A stretch of DNA of 63,687 nt, counting the filler, from Choristocarpus tenellus KU-1152 (lineage: Eukaryota; Protista; Phaeophyceae), in assembly GCA_964200185.2 (NCBI GenBank). It is 11 parts of 11 records of this genome, joined end to end, with 100 filler letters (N's around TTAATTAATTAA, not from the genome) between each part and the next. Parts side by side here need not be neighbours in the genome. Positions count along the whole stretch, not along the records: positions 1 to 7,357 come from CAXNAD020006278.1; positions 7,458 to 11,745 come from CAXNAD020015272.1; positions 11,846 to 15,230 come from CAXNAD020020398.1; 8 more parts are not named here. The stretch is one strand, 5' to 3'. Of this stretch, positions 1 to 13,254 are shown one piece after another. The notes beneath the pieces are model-generated. The model saw nothing but the letters and a program-made list of their open reading frames with translations, was not told where the DNA came from and did not search any database. Numbering within the stretch: the stretch's first letter is position 1; the number at the start of each line of letters is the position of its first letter. Both the position numbers and the translations under genes were made by a program.

Positions 1-96
1 ATGCGTCGGATGGATAATGTAAGTTTGCTTCTCCTGGTTAGGGCCTGAATGGACACCCTGGTGTAGACCCCCCCCCCCCTCCAGATACTTTGAGCC
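1..96 (+). mobile_element. MITE family A, right-hand part (cut by window start)
   Basis: Matches the 3' half of full copies 39063-39242 and 61435-61616: ATGGACACCCTGGTGTAGAC, a C-run, then AGATACTTTGAGCC. Confidence 0.85.
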
Positions 97-607
97 TGGA
101 CGAAGTGCAATGGCAGGGTATGTTACGCAAAACTAAGGCAATTTAGAGATGGAAGGGTAGTGGAGGTATTGAACAGTTAACACCACAGGGGCAATGACAA
201 AAGTTTTGAAGAAATTCTGTCTTGAGTATTATTTTATTAATTTTCTAGCAAAGCATCTAATGAGTATTGTTAAAATAGTATACAAATAGTCATACATCTG
301 TTGAGACACGTGAGTGGAGGACTATTATTGTGAGTCTTGATAATCTTAGTTACAATCCTGGAGGCCATGGAGGCCTTGTGTTGCACTGTCTCTCTCCTAT
401 TGAGTGTATGAAAAGAGAATGACCCTTGACCTTGCCTACCTTGTGAAGGATATACAGTCACTAGTAGGCTGTCCTTACCACATGAGAGGAACATATGAAG
501 ACACTATCATGGAGTAGTAACATGGGCGACAATTTGACATTCTGTTCATATTCTATTGGGTTGAATGACACCTTGTCTACGATACCCCTTACCCCTCAAT
601 CGTAACA

Positions 608-740
608 TGGTCCATGGCATTAATCTTGACATTATTTGTGACATTAATCATAACATTAATCATGGCATTAATTGTGACATTAATTGTGACATCAATTGTG
701 ACATTGATCATAACATCAATTGTGACATTAATTGTGACAT
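608..740. repeat. 12-bp minisatellite (ATTAATTGTGAC)n, about 11 imperfect units
   Basis: Tandem units are directly visible and explain the repetitive ORFs 565-771 and 614-823. Confidence 0.9.
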
Positions 741-804
741 ACTTGATTGCGTCAATCCGTTGGCGTGTTGACTGGTGTGTGCACTGGTTGTGTATTGTGT
801 TTAG

Positions 805-3800
805 GGCAATTTTGGTGATGTAGCGTCCTACCTTGTGGAAAAGGGTGCACATGCAAATGACGTTTATGTCGATGAGGATGGCGATCGGCACTCCTTGCTG
901 ATGGACGCAATCATTGTAGAAAATGTGGCCTTCGCGGAGCTGCTTATTAGTCATGGTGCAGATGTCACTGTCAAGGATGAGCAGGGAGTCACTACCTTAA
1001 TTCAGGTGGGTGTTGGTACTTGGCGTTTGAAGTAGTTCCGTTGGGGGATTTTGTGTTGGATCTGTGGATAGACTTCAGGGTGTGTAGGAGGAGTAGTTGT
1101 GTGTATTGGGAAGGTATGTGTGTGTTGGAGCGATGCTGAAGGTCGTATGTGCTCACCCTCCTTGATGTGATGGGCAGTAATTGTGTTGATAATGGTAAGG
1201 GTAGTGGTGGTGGTGATGCTGTACTGAGAAGCCTCTAACTGCTGCTACAGGTCTTGGTTTGTTGAGGTTAGGGTTAGGGTTAGGGTTAGGGTTGGGGTTG
1301 GGATTGGGGTTGGGGTATGGATTTAGATTGATGTCATGTTTACATACATATTGTACTGTTATTGAGATGGAAGCAATCAAAGTTGTTTAGATAATCATGT
1401 CTTCAAATTGCGATTCTCATATTGAAGTTGCAAAGCAGTGATACGGTAAATGATCGAACCTCTCAGATGGAAGTGGTTGTGACATTGACATGCATCATGC
1501 CCATCTAGTTTGTGTGTCAACCACAGATGGATAGCTGCAGTAGTTCTACTGATGGTTTTGAACTCATGCTAATGGTTAGCACTAGCCCAGTTCTTCATTG
1601 CCATGCTAAAACTACAGCACCTACTCTTGAATGTCAATATTTTGTCGATTGGATGAGTTAAGTGATGGCATACCATGAAGTTTGGAAATAGATTCATGGC
1701 CTCGACTCAATTGTTTGGTGCATAAATCTCAATTGTTTGGTGCATAAATCCCTCCCTGCGATGCATCTCGACTCAATTGTTTGGTGCATAAATCCCTCTC
1801 TGCGATGCATCCCATCTCTGAAGGAGTCCAACGCTTTCATGTAGGCTGGGCAGTCGTTTTTTTGCATGGTTACTGTCTGTACTCCACACAATGGGTCTCA
1901 AAATGCTTTTGTATCATACCAACATACCACCTACTGAGTTGCATTAACGGTAATACATATTTTTGTGGTATTTCCACCCCCACTGATAAAAGCATTATTT
2001 CACTGTTTCATACTGACGTATCTCTTTGGACAGGCTGCCCATCGAGGAATGGATCACATCTGCGAGCTTCTGTTGTCTAAAGGGGTGGATGCTACTGGTA
2101 AGTCTGATGATGGGATAACAGCTCTCATTGCAGCGGCCAGTGAGGGTCACACTGACATAGTCGCTTCGCTTCTGAAAGGTGCTGGGGCAAACCCTGATGA
2201 TAAGGATAAGGTGGGTGAGGGTCATCAATCTCAGTAGTACCAACCAGCAACCAGATAATGGTACTGTAACGTTTAGAATCTTAGATTTGATTGTACCGCT
2301 GTTCGTTGAAGCTGAAAATTGAGGGGTGATTTTTGATTGGTTATTTTTCGCGTGGATGTGCATGTTGTCCATGGATAGCAGAGACTGGTGTGCTATTATT
2401 GGTGTGCTGCTTGGATGTTTTGGTTATGATCAAAGTACATGGATTTTTCATTTCTAGCCAATTGAATTTCTACTCTTGAGTGGTTTCAATTCACAGCACT
2501 ACAAGATTGACTCACCCTATTGACTCTCCCTATTGATACTGTGAGATATGCTAAGGCGGGAGGGTAGCTTTGGGGCTAGGGTTAGGGTTAGAGTTAGGTT
2601 AGCCTAGGTGTCCAAAAGGGGGGTGCCGCTGAATTTGAAGGTGACCCCTCTGACTTTTTGGTGGAAGTTGTTTTTTGGAGCACTCAGTCCGTATCTATGG
2701 TGTGGGTTTTGTGTGTGTTTAGTAGGTGGGAAGGTAGGTACCATTGAGGGAGGTCTTAGAAGCAGGTTCGTCTTTTCGGTACCCTTTTTCCAAACATATT
2801 TAATTTTCTAGAAAAAGAGTTGAAAAGTTAGATGGATACAAACGGCATCGAGATACTATATTTTATTTTTCTTACACAAGAGAAGTATGTCAGTGAGTCG
2901 CTGTCAGTAAATGAGATATAGATTCATCATTCATTTTTTTTAATGTCAATATTGGTGTCTACGCTATGTGACAACATTGATGTTGATAACCCCTTTAACC
3001 CTGTTGTGGCTGTTGCTTCCAAGGCACTGCTCTTCTGTGGCAAGCGCTGTATTGATACTCTACTACAACTATGATAGTAGTTTTGTATCAGGCACATTAA
3101 CCTCCTGTTTGATATTGGTGCTGCCATTGTTGTCCTTGGTGTGTGAAACGTGCATATACTCAATCAAGATGTACAAGGATCACAATGGGGGTTGTGGGTT
3201 GTAGTATTTTCATTCCAAACAATGTCGAAGCATCAATTGAACCATGTGATGATATATTGCACACAAGCATATAGATGTATAGCAGGTGACGATTGGATTT
3301 TTGAAGTGTAGGTAGGTAGTATGTTGAGTACTGACCTCTTGAGGATGTAAGTACCCCACTAAGTACACTGCTGTACTTTGTACTTACATCCTCAAGACTG
3401 AACAAAACCCCAATGCATCAGACATCGAAATGTTCAATGTCTGTGCCAAGGCCAATTCAAAACACTCTGAGACACAGTTGTGTTCGCTCCAGTAAGTTGT
3501 CAGGGTATACTGTGTCAAGGCCAATTCAAAACATAACTCTGAGACACAACCTGGTCGATGTTCGGGGGCACAGTTTTGTAGAGAGTTGGGTTGGCGGTAG
3601 TGAAGTTGGTGGCACTGTTGATAGTGCTTGACTCTTTCGCATTTCAATTGTTACCTAACTAGGTAGAGAAGTAGTAGTACTGTTAGTAACACAAAGTACC
3701 ATAATACACTGTAATCATCTTGCTACCGACTAGTGTGGTTAATGTTTGTATGCTACTGTTCAAGTTGGCAAATTGTAGTTCAAACACCTGAAATTGATAC

Positions 3801-6800
3801 TAATACTAATGGTAATATTATTGCAATAACTTTATGAGAAATATTTGGCAGTAATGCCTTTTTCAGTTTTTGGAATACACCTTTTTTAGAGCAGTTGAAC
3901 ACTGATTTAAGTAGTTACTGATGAATGTTAATTAGTGCAGGGTGTATTTTGCTGTTTGAGTGTGGTGACTACTTTTTGGTGCATTAAGAGTGTTGAATGT
4001 AAACATTCATTGTATACCTGTGGACTGGGAGTTTACTTGGGAGATTATGCTGTTGCACTTGATGGAGTGCATATAGGAGACATGACTACACTATTACCTG
4101 ATGAGGATCAGTGAGGGGTTCTACTATTTTTGTTCAAGGTTTTTGTTACTGATCAACTTTCTTATGTACATTTTGTGTCATGTCCGATGTGACCATCATG
4201 CAGCTAAGTCAACTGACTAAAACCTGAATGCAACATATGTATGTATACATGTATGTACGTTGGATTGGTCCAGTGAGCAGCATAGCAAAGTGTGGTGTAA
4301 ATAGAGTTGTGGAGTTGTACATAACCTATTGAGTTGCACAGGCATGTGTTACTGCAAAAGTTCGGTTGATTTGGCACCTCTCTTAGTGGTAGATTGGCAC
4401 TCAGGACTGTCAAGTGGATAGCCGTACCCAGCTAGCAATTGAGAAAAGCAGGCACCAGCCCACTCAGTCAGCAGCTAGCCAGCTCACCTAGCCACCTACT
4501 ACCAAACCTGCACTACAAGGGAATTTGACGATATCATGATCAGTATCAGATAGTGTTTTGAATATAAAGTCTGGGTGACAATATATAATGTGCATGTGTA
4601 TGTATTACATATTTAAAGTGCCTTATTTAGTACCTATCGATGTAATCCATTTGGACCAGTACATGGATGCAGAGTGCAATTAGGCCAAATGTCCCCATTG
4701 GTGACGAGCCCTTGTGGAGGCGTTTTTTTCGGTGGTCACACTTTTTGCGCAACTTTCCCACTTCCGAGCACACAGCCATGTCATACTTGAGACAGGCATT
4801 ATAATCGATGGGTTGCTTAACTCTTAAGAGTAGTCATGATTTTTTTTTTGAACTCTTTGTGACTATGCACTGGTGCTGGGACAGGAGTCTTGACATGGTA
4901 GCACAGTGTCAACACAGTAGGTCTAACACAGTTGAGTTGTTCCCTGTTGCTGTGCTTTGGATTTTCTGTGAAATTTCTAGGATGGTACAACTGCACTGAT
5001 GGCAGCATCTGTGAGAGGACACCAGGAGGTGGTGGGTGTATTGCTGGATCATGGAGCAGATCTGAATCTTCAGAATGATGAGGGTCACACCGCTCTCATG
5101 TTTGCTTACAATGGACGTAATCAGGTGAGGCATGGGGACAAAATATGATTTCAGTATTTTAATTATTGTATGTATAACTAAAAGTACTGTGAAGATCATT
5201 TTTTTTATGGAACTTTTGTATCATTCCTGGACATATTTATATCATGTTTTTTTTGCTTGATCGATGGTGTTGAGTCTCAAGTATATATACTATTACCACT
5301 GTCAATGGAGAAAGTAGCCATAAAGTGGCAGGTTGGTAAGGCCAATTACCTCCTCTAGTTAAGGTGTTAGTGCACTTCTTGGGGCATCACCACTGCTCAA
5401 GAACCCTCAAACTAGACTTGTGGACCCAGCACTAGAGGGTGTTGCTACCAATGTGGATGACTTTGTGTGTACTGGATAGTTGAAAAACTTGAATTCTTCT
5501 TGGCTTGGGCAAGATTCCCCTTGTGTAATAACGAAGTTTCAAGCAAAAGTGTGGGGCAAGCCCTTTGAGCTATGCCATATCTTTATCACCTTAGTTTGAA
5601 CTTGTGCTCACCCTTTAAGGGCAAGCTGATATAAAGGGTGAGAATTATGTGTACTCAGGGTGGGCAGTGAGGGGGTTATGGGTGTGAAAGGGTTTTCAGA
5701 GGATACATGTGATGTGGCATGGCCACTTTCAAAGCTTAAGTCTGTCCCCAGACTGGAAGGGAGTTCCTTAGTTGTAGGTAGGCGGTAGATTTCTTCTCTC
5801 CTCTGGTCAAGGCATTGACTGGTCCAAGCATTCCATATACTTCCAAGGGGTAAGGCTGTGTAGTGTGTATGATACTGGTGGAGACTCTAACTTTCGTGTG
5901 TAATATATTGAAGGGCTTATCCCCGATAGGGTAGTTACAGTCACCTTGTCTCAAAGTCTTTTTTGGACAAGAACGAACACAACTGGATTATCAGCAATTC
6001 GGCTGTGTGGGGCCGTTTTGGGCTGGGTTTTTTACTTGAGAAACAATACTGTTACAAGGACAAGGGTCATGTGAACATGTGTAGAAGAGTAACATTTATT
6101 CTTGGACCCTGACACTATACTTGTATTTACCTTAAATGATACTCCCATCGCCCTCAACTAGGCCATCCATTCTTATCTCAGAAAGTACTACATATTGTCA
6201 GACAGTGACGGTATGGAAATATAGCTTAAATCTTGGGCTTCCAATCCTCGTACCATTTGACTGTCGTAAAATATATGACACAGATGTGATTAGATTGATT
6301 TTCGTATGACCGAGGGGGGAGTTCATAATGCTTGGGGTAGCAAATAGTGGTATGTACAATTTTATTGTGCAGACCTTTTTCAGTCAGATTTTGAGAGTGC
6401 ACTACCTAAGCTTGAGTGCGATGAGTCGATGGTGTGTTACTATTTGTACTACTTCCCTAAAAAAAATCAAGATTGGAATTTGGGATGAGGTAACTGCGAC
6501 CAACTTTACCTGGCAAATGCTTGTTCAATGGGTGTTGGTATCAAGGTAGGTAAGCGAGGGCTATGGAGATGACCGGCTGTGTTGTGTTATGCAACTATGT
6601 TGTACAATATTTGTCAATGTTTAATATACACTCTGGAGTGTCTCATGTAGGGGTTTCCTGTGAAGTGTAGAAGATTTGAGGTTATGTCGCAGCAGAGCCG
6701 TCTGAGTGAAGAACAAGATCGCCAACTGATACCTTCAAAAACCAATGTATACAAGATAGATCCTCACACACTATTGATATTGATAGTAAGTGTACATTCC

Positions 6801-7082
6801 ATATCCACTTGAATTTAATCATGCTTGGAATGAAAAATATACAACTTTTAACATTCATGAGGGGGTTGACCGTTTTGATGAATTTTATTATATTGAAGTA
6901 ATTCATTGTTACAACAGAGTTCTTCATCGTGCTTTAGAAGATTACCATGACCTCATAGATGTTTTTTGTTCCTCGTTTGCCCCTGTGATTTGCTGCAGGT
7001 AGCGGAGTTGCTTTGGAAATATTCTGAATATATTCAGGGGAAAGAAGACACACAGGCAAAAGTGATTCAAGATGCGCTTCAG
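805..7082 (+). CDS. Ankyrin-repeat protein, partial spliced gene; exons 805-1005, 2034-2210, 4981-5124, 6999-7082
   Basis: All four exons are AG/GT-bounded and phase 0. The joined peptide has ankyrin motifs: GVTTLIQAAHRGMDHICELLLSKGVD, DGITALIAAASEGHTDIVASLL, DGTTALMAASVRGHQEVVGVLLDHGADLN, EGHTALMFAYNGRNQVAELL. Confidence 0.88.
1264..1316 (+). repeat. Interstitial telomere-like (TTAGGG)n tract decaying into TTGGGG
   Basis: GGTTAGGGTTAGGGTTAGGGTTAGGGTTGGGGTTGGG, intronic in the ankyrin gene. Confidence 0.85.
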
Positions 7083-7357
7083 GTGTAACATTACGGATGA
7101 TGTCCTTTGATTTCAAATCTCCAACAAGCATATTCATAGTATGTGTGTGGAAAGCAAGGGTTATGCACTTCTCGTTCCGCTCAGCAAGTAGTGTTACTTC
7201 TTTTGCAGCGTTGCTTGGTAGGATATTTGTAACATTTATGGAGCGACCGCAAATTGACACACTGATTATCATTATAACTACAGTACTTGAAAAAAAAAAA
7301 GTCACACGAATCAAACTCATACCGTATACTCAATAGTATAAAACACTGAAACGGACA

Positions 7358-7457
7358 NNNNNNNNNNNNNNNNNNNNNNNNNNNNNNNNNNNNNNNNNNN
7401 NTTAATTAATTAANNNNNNNNNNNNNNNNNNNNNNNNNNNNNNNNNNNNNNNNNNNN
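7358..7457. other. Artificial contig-joining spacer (44 N + TTAATTAATTAA + 44 N); also at 11746, 15231, 34175, 37218, 41415, 44637, 48074, 51658 and 60944
   Basis: The identical 100-bp structure with six-frame stop codons occurs ten times. Confidence 0.99.
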
Positions 7458-7610
7458 GGGGGGGAGTCTACACCAGGGTGTCCATTCGGACCCTGACCAA
7501 AAAAAGTTCGCTTATATTATCCATCCGAAGCATGCAACCAAATCACCCCCAAATATGGAAAAAAGGGCCCCAAATGGACAGCCACCACCCCCCCCCAGAT
7601 ACTTTGAGGA
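7458..7610 (-). mobile_element. MITE family A copy, reverse orientation, cut at contig start
   Basis: GTCTACACCAGGGTGTCCATT ... CCCAAATGGACAGCCACC, a C-run, then AGATACTTTGAG. Confidence 0.85.
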
Positions 7611-7964
7611 AATGCATAGTACTATAGGAAGAGCAATAGCACAAGTAAAATTCATAAATTTAGTATCAATCAATTCAGGGGTAAAATTATGGGGTACAAC
7701 AAACAATACAGCAATGAAAAGCACCAAATACAGAAATAACAACTAGATATATATACAGAGAGAGAGAGAGATATTTGAGGCATTAAGAGGTAGAGGAAGT
7801 GGCACAAAAACTAACACCATGACAAAAGTAATTAGAAATATTCATAGTATAGCAGGCGTAACAACAATACTTTTTTTTTTCACATAATAATGATAACATA
7901 AGAGCAGTATAATAAAAATAATATCACCTGTAAGATTCAGTTGTGGAGGGCACGGCACTAAAAG

Positions 7965-8031
7965 CGAAACTGTAACTAATAGTGAAACTGTAACTAAAAG
8001 TAAAACTGTAACTGAAAGCAAAACTGTAACT
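7965..8031. repeat. 18-bp tandem repeat (approximately AAACTGTAACTAAAAGTG) x4
   Basis: Direct reading; it produces the VTVLLS/VTVSLL ORF. Confidence 0.8.
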
Positions 8032-8440
8032 TGTACCATCTAAACGAGCACAGTGTTTCTATCCAGTTTCAGCTGGCAGTCTCAGCAATTTTACTTACCT
8101 ACACATACATTGAAACACAAAAAAAAAAATCAGGGGTAGAGGACGCAAAATAAAAGAAATAGGATTCTGTCAATAGAGGAAAGTGAAAAAAAAACACTGC
8201 ACCCTCCCCTACCCCTCAGGTGTCTTCGGGTCTAGCTTAGTGTTAGTGTCACATGAGTGGTAGAAACACGCCTCAACAGGTGTATCCCCCCACATTGAAT
8301 ACAGAGTTGATGGGATGATACGTAATGTGATTTGACAAAGGTGTTCCGAATGAGAAAAACTCTCCTCTGTTACGGTACTGTTACAGTACTGTCGAATACT
8401 ACACTGCCTATTGCAGCGATTCATGCAGTTCAATTTTGAC

Positions 8441-8856
8441 AGTACTGTTACAGAGTGGTTATAAAAGGTACCGTTACAGAGTGGTTATAAAAAGTACCGT
8501 TACAGAGTGGTTATAAAAAGTACCGTTACAGAGTGGTTATAAAAAGTACCGTTACAGAGTGGTTACAAAAAGTACCGTTACAGAGTGGTTATAAAAGGTA
8601 CCGTTACAGAGTGGTTATAAAAAGTACCGTTACAGAGTGGTTATAAAAGGTACCGTTACAGAGTGGTTATAAGAAAGTACTGCAATAGATTAGTTGTAAA
8701 AAAAGTGCCGTAACAGAGTCGTTGTAAAGAAGTACCGGAACATAGTGGGTATCAAAAAAAGTACAGTAACATAGTAGATACGAGTGAAACGTAACAGAGC
8801 GGTTGCAAAAAGTATCGGAACAGAACAGTCGTAAAAAGTATCGGAACAGAACAGTA
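8441..8856. repeat. 26-bp minisatellite GTACCGTTACAGAGTGGTTATAAAAA; about 9 near-identical units, then about 7 degenerate units
   Basis: Period of 26 (GTACC at 8468, 8494 and onward); no unique spacers. Confidence 0.92.
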
Positions 8857-9474
8857 TTGACGGTCCTGTGATGGAGTAGGGTTAGGGTGGTCACACAGCC
8901 TCATCGTGCCAAACTTTTTTTTTCTCTTTTTTGTGATACGTACGTACCTCTCAATAGAAGAAGCCTAAAAAAAACAAAATACGCCAGAGGTATCATCGCA
9001 ATCAACTCCTCTCACCTATTTCTCTTCAGACAGCGAGAAAAGTAGAAAAAAAAAGGAACCCACCTTAAATATTTTACTATGTGTGACGAAAACACACGGT
9101 TCGGCAAGTACCGCGAGCAAAACGCACGTGCAGTGCGCGCGAAAATATTGTCCGAGTCTCATCACTTGCGTAGTGGGGCCATTTTGGATCCTTTTCTTAG
9201 TCAAGAATCAACAAAATGAGGATAAGGGCCAAGTGAATGACCTCCACAATAAGGTTTGTATATCAAACACGTGGTTGTATCAAAGTATTGCGGTATGCAG
9301 GACCTCAATCCTAACACTATGGTGTTAGAGATACACCACACACTACAAATAGAGTAGTCCACACCTACACTTTCCAAGCTCAACTATCATTATTTATCAC
9401 AAGAAAGTGTTTGTGATCTGTGTTTGTGATCTAAACCTACGAACACCTGCCCATACAACAGTCACTACTATCTT

Positions 9475-9702
9475 ACCTTGTACTCCAAAGTATACCCCAT
9501 ACAGTCATTATCAGTATGTATCTTGCACTCCACTGTATATCCCATACAGTCATCATCAATATATATATATATATATATATATATATCTTGCACTCCACTG
9601 CATATCCCATACAGTCATTATCAATATATATATATATATCTTGCACTCAAGGGTATACCCCATACAGTCATTATCAGTACACATTATACTCCAAAGTATA
9701 CC
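9475..9702. repeat. Composite minisatellite: CTTGCACTCCACTG..ATCCCATACAGTCATTATCA units with variable (TA)n, about 5 units
   Basis: Repeated CCCATACAGTCATTATCA cores separated by TA runs of different length. Confidence 0.8.
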
Positions 9703-10053
9703 TCAACAGGGAGGAGCCATCAGTATCAATACCAGTATCAGTATCACCATCGGTACCACCATCACCATCGGTATGGGGATGATCGTGATCAGTATCGTGA
9801 TCAGTATCGTGATCAGTATGCCTTCAGTTCCCCTGCACTGTCGGCGGTTTCATCGAGTATACTACTACACACACGTAAGATACTATTAATGGTCTTCAAC
9901 TCTTCTGTGCAGTAACCCTGCAGTATCAATACCAGCATCAATACCAGTACCAGTATTAGGGTTGAAGACCACAAGGAATGTCCTTTCAACTTACCGTGTT
10001 ATCAGGAAACAAGAACTAGCCAATAAAATTAGCTGGGGGGTACTTTCTCTCAC

Positions 10054-10568
10054 CAGTCTCATCATCGACAGACGCCTCTAGCACCTCCACTGTGCCCTTG
10101 GTGATCATGAAGAAGGTATCACCTTGTTCCCCTTGACGGACAATGTACTTCAAGGAGAAAAAAAAAAGAGGAAAGGAAACAAGGGTATGTAAGGGGTAAG
10201 GCAAGTGAGTCGATGAAGGTAGGGTTCAAAAGGATACAGAGACTAATGTGCTAGGCTTAGGGTTAGGGCAAGCGAGCTCACGATAGATAAAGGTTGGGGT
10301 GAGCAGGTCAATGTGAGATAGACTCAAGGTTGGGGTGAGAATGGTGATGCAAGGATTAGGGTTGGAGAGTAGATACTACCATCAATTCCAGAAAAAAAAA
10401 ACTGGGAAAGGGAAGAGACCGTACCAAAATAGGATTTAAAAAATTAAAAAAATAACATACAAAAACAATAAAAATAAAACATAATTCAATGTTTTCTGTT
10501 CTCGTCCTGAACACTTCAAAACGAGTACCTCCAAATATATAAATACATACATAAATACATATACATAA

Positions 10569-10599
<31 letters not shown>

Positions 10600-10828
10600 C
10601 ATAAATACATATACATACATACATACATACATACATACATACATACATACATACATACATACATACATACATACATACATACACACATGAATAAATTGAA
10701 GTATATGTATATATATGCCGAAATAGAAGCAAAACAATATTCACCTCTCCAGGAGCAAATGATCGATGAAGTAAGGTCTTCTGGAGGGTGTGGAGAGCGG
10801 GCATCGGAAGCTTAGCCAGAAGTGGAAC
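10054..10828 (-). CDS. Cyclic-nucleotide-binding (CAP/cNMP) domain protein, PKG/PKA-regulatory-like, partial; exons 10745-10828 and about 10054-10147
   Basis: Joined peptide VPLLAKLPMPALHTLQKTLLHRSFAPGE|YIVRQGEQGDTFFMITKGTVEV fits the cNMP-domain N-terminal half; phase-0 GT-AG junction. The downstream donor is uncertain. Confidence 0.8.
10543..10686. repeat. (TACA)n microsatellite, intronic
   Basis: Direct reading. Confidence 0.95.
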
Positions 10829-11189
10829 CTGCACGGAGAACGAGCAACGCAAACAAAAAATCGTGTGTGTGTTTGTGTGTGTGTTTGTGTGTTTGTGTGT
10901 GTGTGTGTGTGACAAAATCAATGGTGGGACCACTGGTTAGTGCGCTCAAAACATACAGCTAGAGAGACTCTATTTTGACAATAGTTTCATTGGTAGTGTG
11001 AGTTCAATCGTAGTAACTCAATAGTACTACAACTGTTCTTATTACCATTTTTTTTTTAAACACCTTGCAGTAGCAGAAATTTCATTACAATGATTGCTTC
11101 TTGTACAATAAATGTTATAAACCTAACAATAATAACACACTTTAACAATAACAATAACAATAATAATAATAATAACACACACCTTGTTC

Positions 11190-11660
11190 TCATGGATGCA
11201 AGAGACTGCAAGAGACCCCTTGCTCGCAGAAGGAGATGCTCTCAAAGTACCGTCCGTACACACTAAAATGGTTCTACTGGTACACATACCATGAAAGTAG
11301 TAACTACATACCATATGTCGATTGTGTCTAAATAATGCGCGCACCAAGGTAGAATTAGTGGTGGATCCGGACACTAGAATACAGTTTCTTTGGAACAACA
11401 ATTATAGGAAACGTTCTCATTTGGAGATCTGTCAAAGTCCAAGTCCATGAAAGCGTCATTATCGAGAATAGGAACCACCCCCTCCCTCCCTCCCTCCCCC
11501 CCCCCCCCCCTCATTACGCATAGGACTCCCTGTTCATTGTAACTTAATAAAGCACTTTCTACATTATCATACTCTTCTAGGTGAAACAGCAGCACACCCT
11601 TTGCTACCGAGGCGAACAACCCCATTCGTGACGGGAATGGATGTTTTCTCATCAAGACCA
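11190..11660 (-). pseudogene. Decayed hAT (DUF659-like) transposase fragment
   Basis: Minus-strand frame reads ...SVAKGVLLFHL...VVPILDNDAFMD...F*CPDPPLILPWCAHYLDTIDI, resembling the hAT 'VvTDNAxnM' and 'C.AH.LDL' motifs; interrupted by stops. Confidence 0.45.
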
Positions 11661-11682
11661 AAAACAAGCGACCCTCCCCCCG

Positions 11683-11715
<33 letters not shown>

Positions 11716-11845
11716 ACCACCCCCCCCCCCCCCACCCCCCCACACNNNNNNNNNNNNNNNNNNNNNNNNNNNNNNNNNNNNNNNNNNNNTTAATTAATTA
11801 ANNNNNNNNNNNNNNNNNNNNNNNNNNNNNNNNNNNNNNNNNNNN

Positions 11846-13254
11846 CCTCCACCAACACCAACATCACCGGGGCGCCCAGGAGCGACATCCCGTGCATTCA
11901 TGGTACCTGCGCCGGCGACAGTGGTTGATGGCCCTGGAGCAACAGCACAACCACCAGAAGCGTGGAGCTTCTTGCCCTTGCCCTTGCCCTTTGCCTTGCC
12001 CTTCATCTTCTTCTTTTTTCCAGTAGTTTTTCCATGCCCACCACCTGTCGTCACCCCACCTAGGGCTCCAATCCATTCCACATCACTGGCTTCGTGTTGT
12101 TCTGTGACCTTAGTCTCGGCATCCACGACTGCCCTCTCTCTACCTTCCATATCATCTACCGCGCTGCTGACGTCGGCGCACTTCACACCTCTATCGACAT
12201 CGCGGCATTTGTCCGTAGGAGACTGAAATTGCAAGTTGGTCTCCATCAAAAGGTTGATTCTGCTGTCTGGATAACCATTGCCCAAGCCGGAGGTTCCTTC
12301 CGTGTATCCCTCACAAGCACCAGAAGGTCTGTTGTATTCAAACTCATTGAGCACACGTGCATTGATCTCTTCGTCTGAATGACTTGGGGTGGAGTCATCC
12401 GAGGCTGGATTGCGGTTGTCATTCACAGCACTCTTCACCCACAAGTTACGCTGGGTACCAGTTGCACGGATATCATCATCTTTCTTCCCGAGCGCATGTT
12501 CCTTTTTTCCCAGTGCTTTATCCTCGATAACATCACTGCGCCTGCCAGGTTTAAGCAAGAACCCTTTGGACAGGAAGCCCCCACCCTGCGCCCTTGGTCG
12601 ACGACTCGCGCCAGCTTTCAAGGAGAGTTCTTTCTTAGTAGATGATGGAGGAGCAGCGGAGGTATCGAGTTGTCCATCGACAGGTGCAGCCTGGGGAGTG
12701 TTGAGTTGTGCCCTCTGTGGCAGGGTTGGGGATAAGGGGTTGCATATCCCCAGTTTACTCGACCAGTCCCTCACCTTGTCCTCCCACGCTTCCTCCTTGC
12801 AGAAGCTACTAGGAGGGAAGAAAAACAGCAAATTATGTTCTTATCACCAGCAGGAATGATGAGGGCGAGAATATGCGGGGGCTAAGGATCATCGAGAGTC
12901 TACTGGGAAGAGGGACTGGAAGGAGGGAACTCAGTGTAGTGGTTTCATGCGAGAGTGCGAGACAAGATCAAGCCCTAATTTATCACTTATGGGATCCAAT
13001 CACAACACGTGATATCTGCTATCCCCTGCCAGTTTGCTAATTGGCATGAATTTCCAACCTTGTGGATCCTAGTGGGATACTCACCTCTCCACAGGAACCC
13101 AGTTGACGTTCCCATCACGTTCTTGAACGAGAGCCATGCCCGTGATCTCGTCACTTTTGAGTACTATTCTCCCATCGCCTACCCGCTCGTCCATGATGAT
13201 CTCGCTCATTGAAGCTTCACCCAGATATATTCCCTCGTTGTCAAGGCTGGACAC
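11846..13254 (-). CDS. Hypothetical protein, partial; exons 13085-13254 and 11846-12808 (runs off the contig)
   Basis: The phase-2 GT-AG junction joins ...GNVNWVPVE-S-SFCKEEAWEDKVRDWS...; long open frame with low-complexity, Lys-rich segments. No domain recognised. Confidence 0.6.

Noticed and set aside
7358-7457. Recurring TTAATTAATTAA motif flanked by Ns
   Set aside because: Artificial six-frame-stop contig linker. It also invalidates any gene-cluster interpretation across contigs.
8441-8670. CRISPR-like look of the 26-bp repeats
   Set aside because: Units are head-to-tail with no unique spacers, no cas genes are present, and the context is eukaryotic.
9475-9702. Repeat-spacer-like pattern
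   Set aside because: The variable parts are just (TA)n length changes.
10356-10737. ORFs with MYVC repeats (and similar ORFs at 565-823, 9407-9915 and 47291)
   Set aside because: Translations of micro- or minisatellites.
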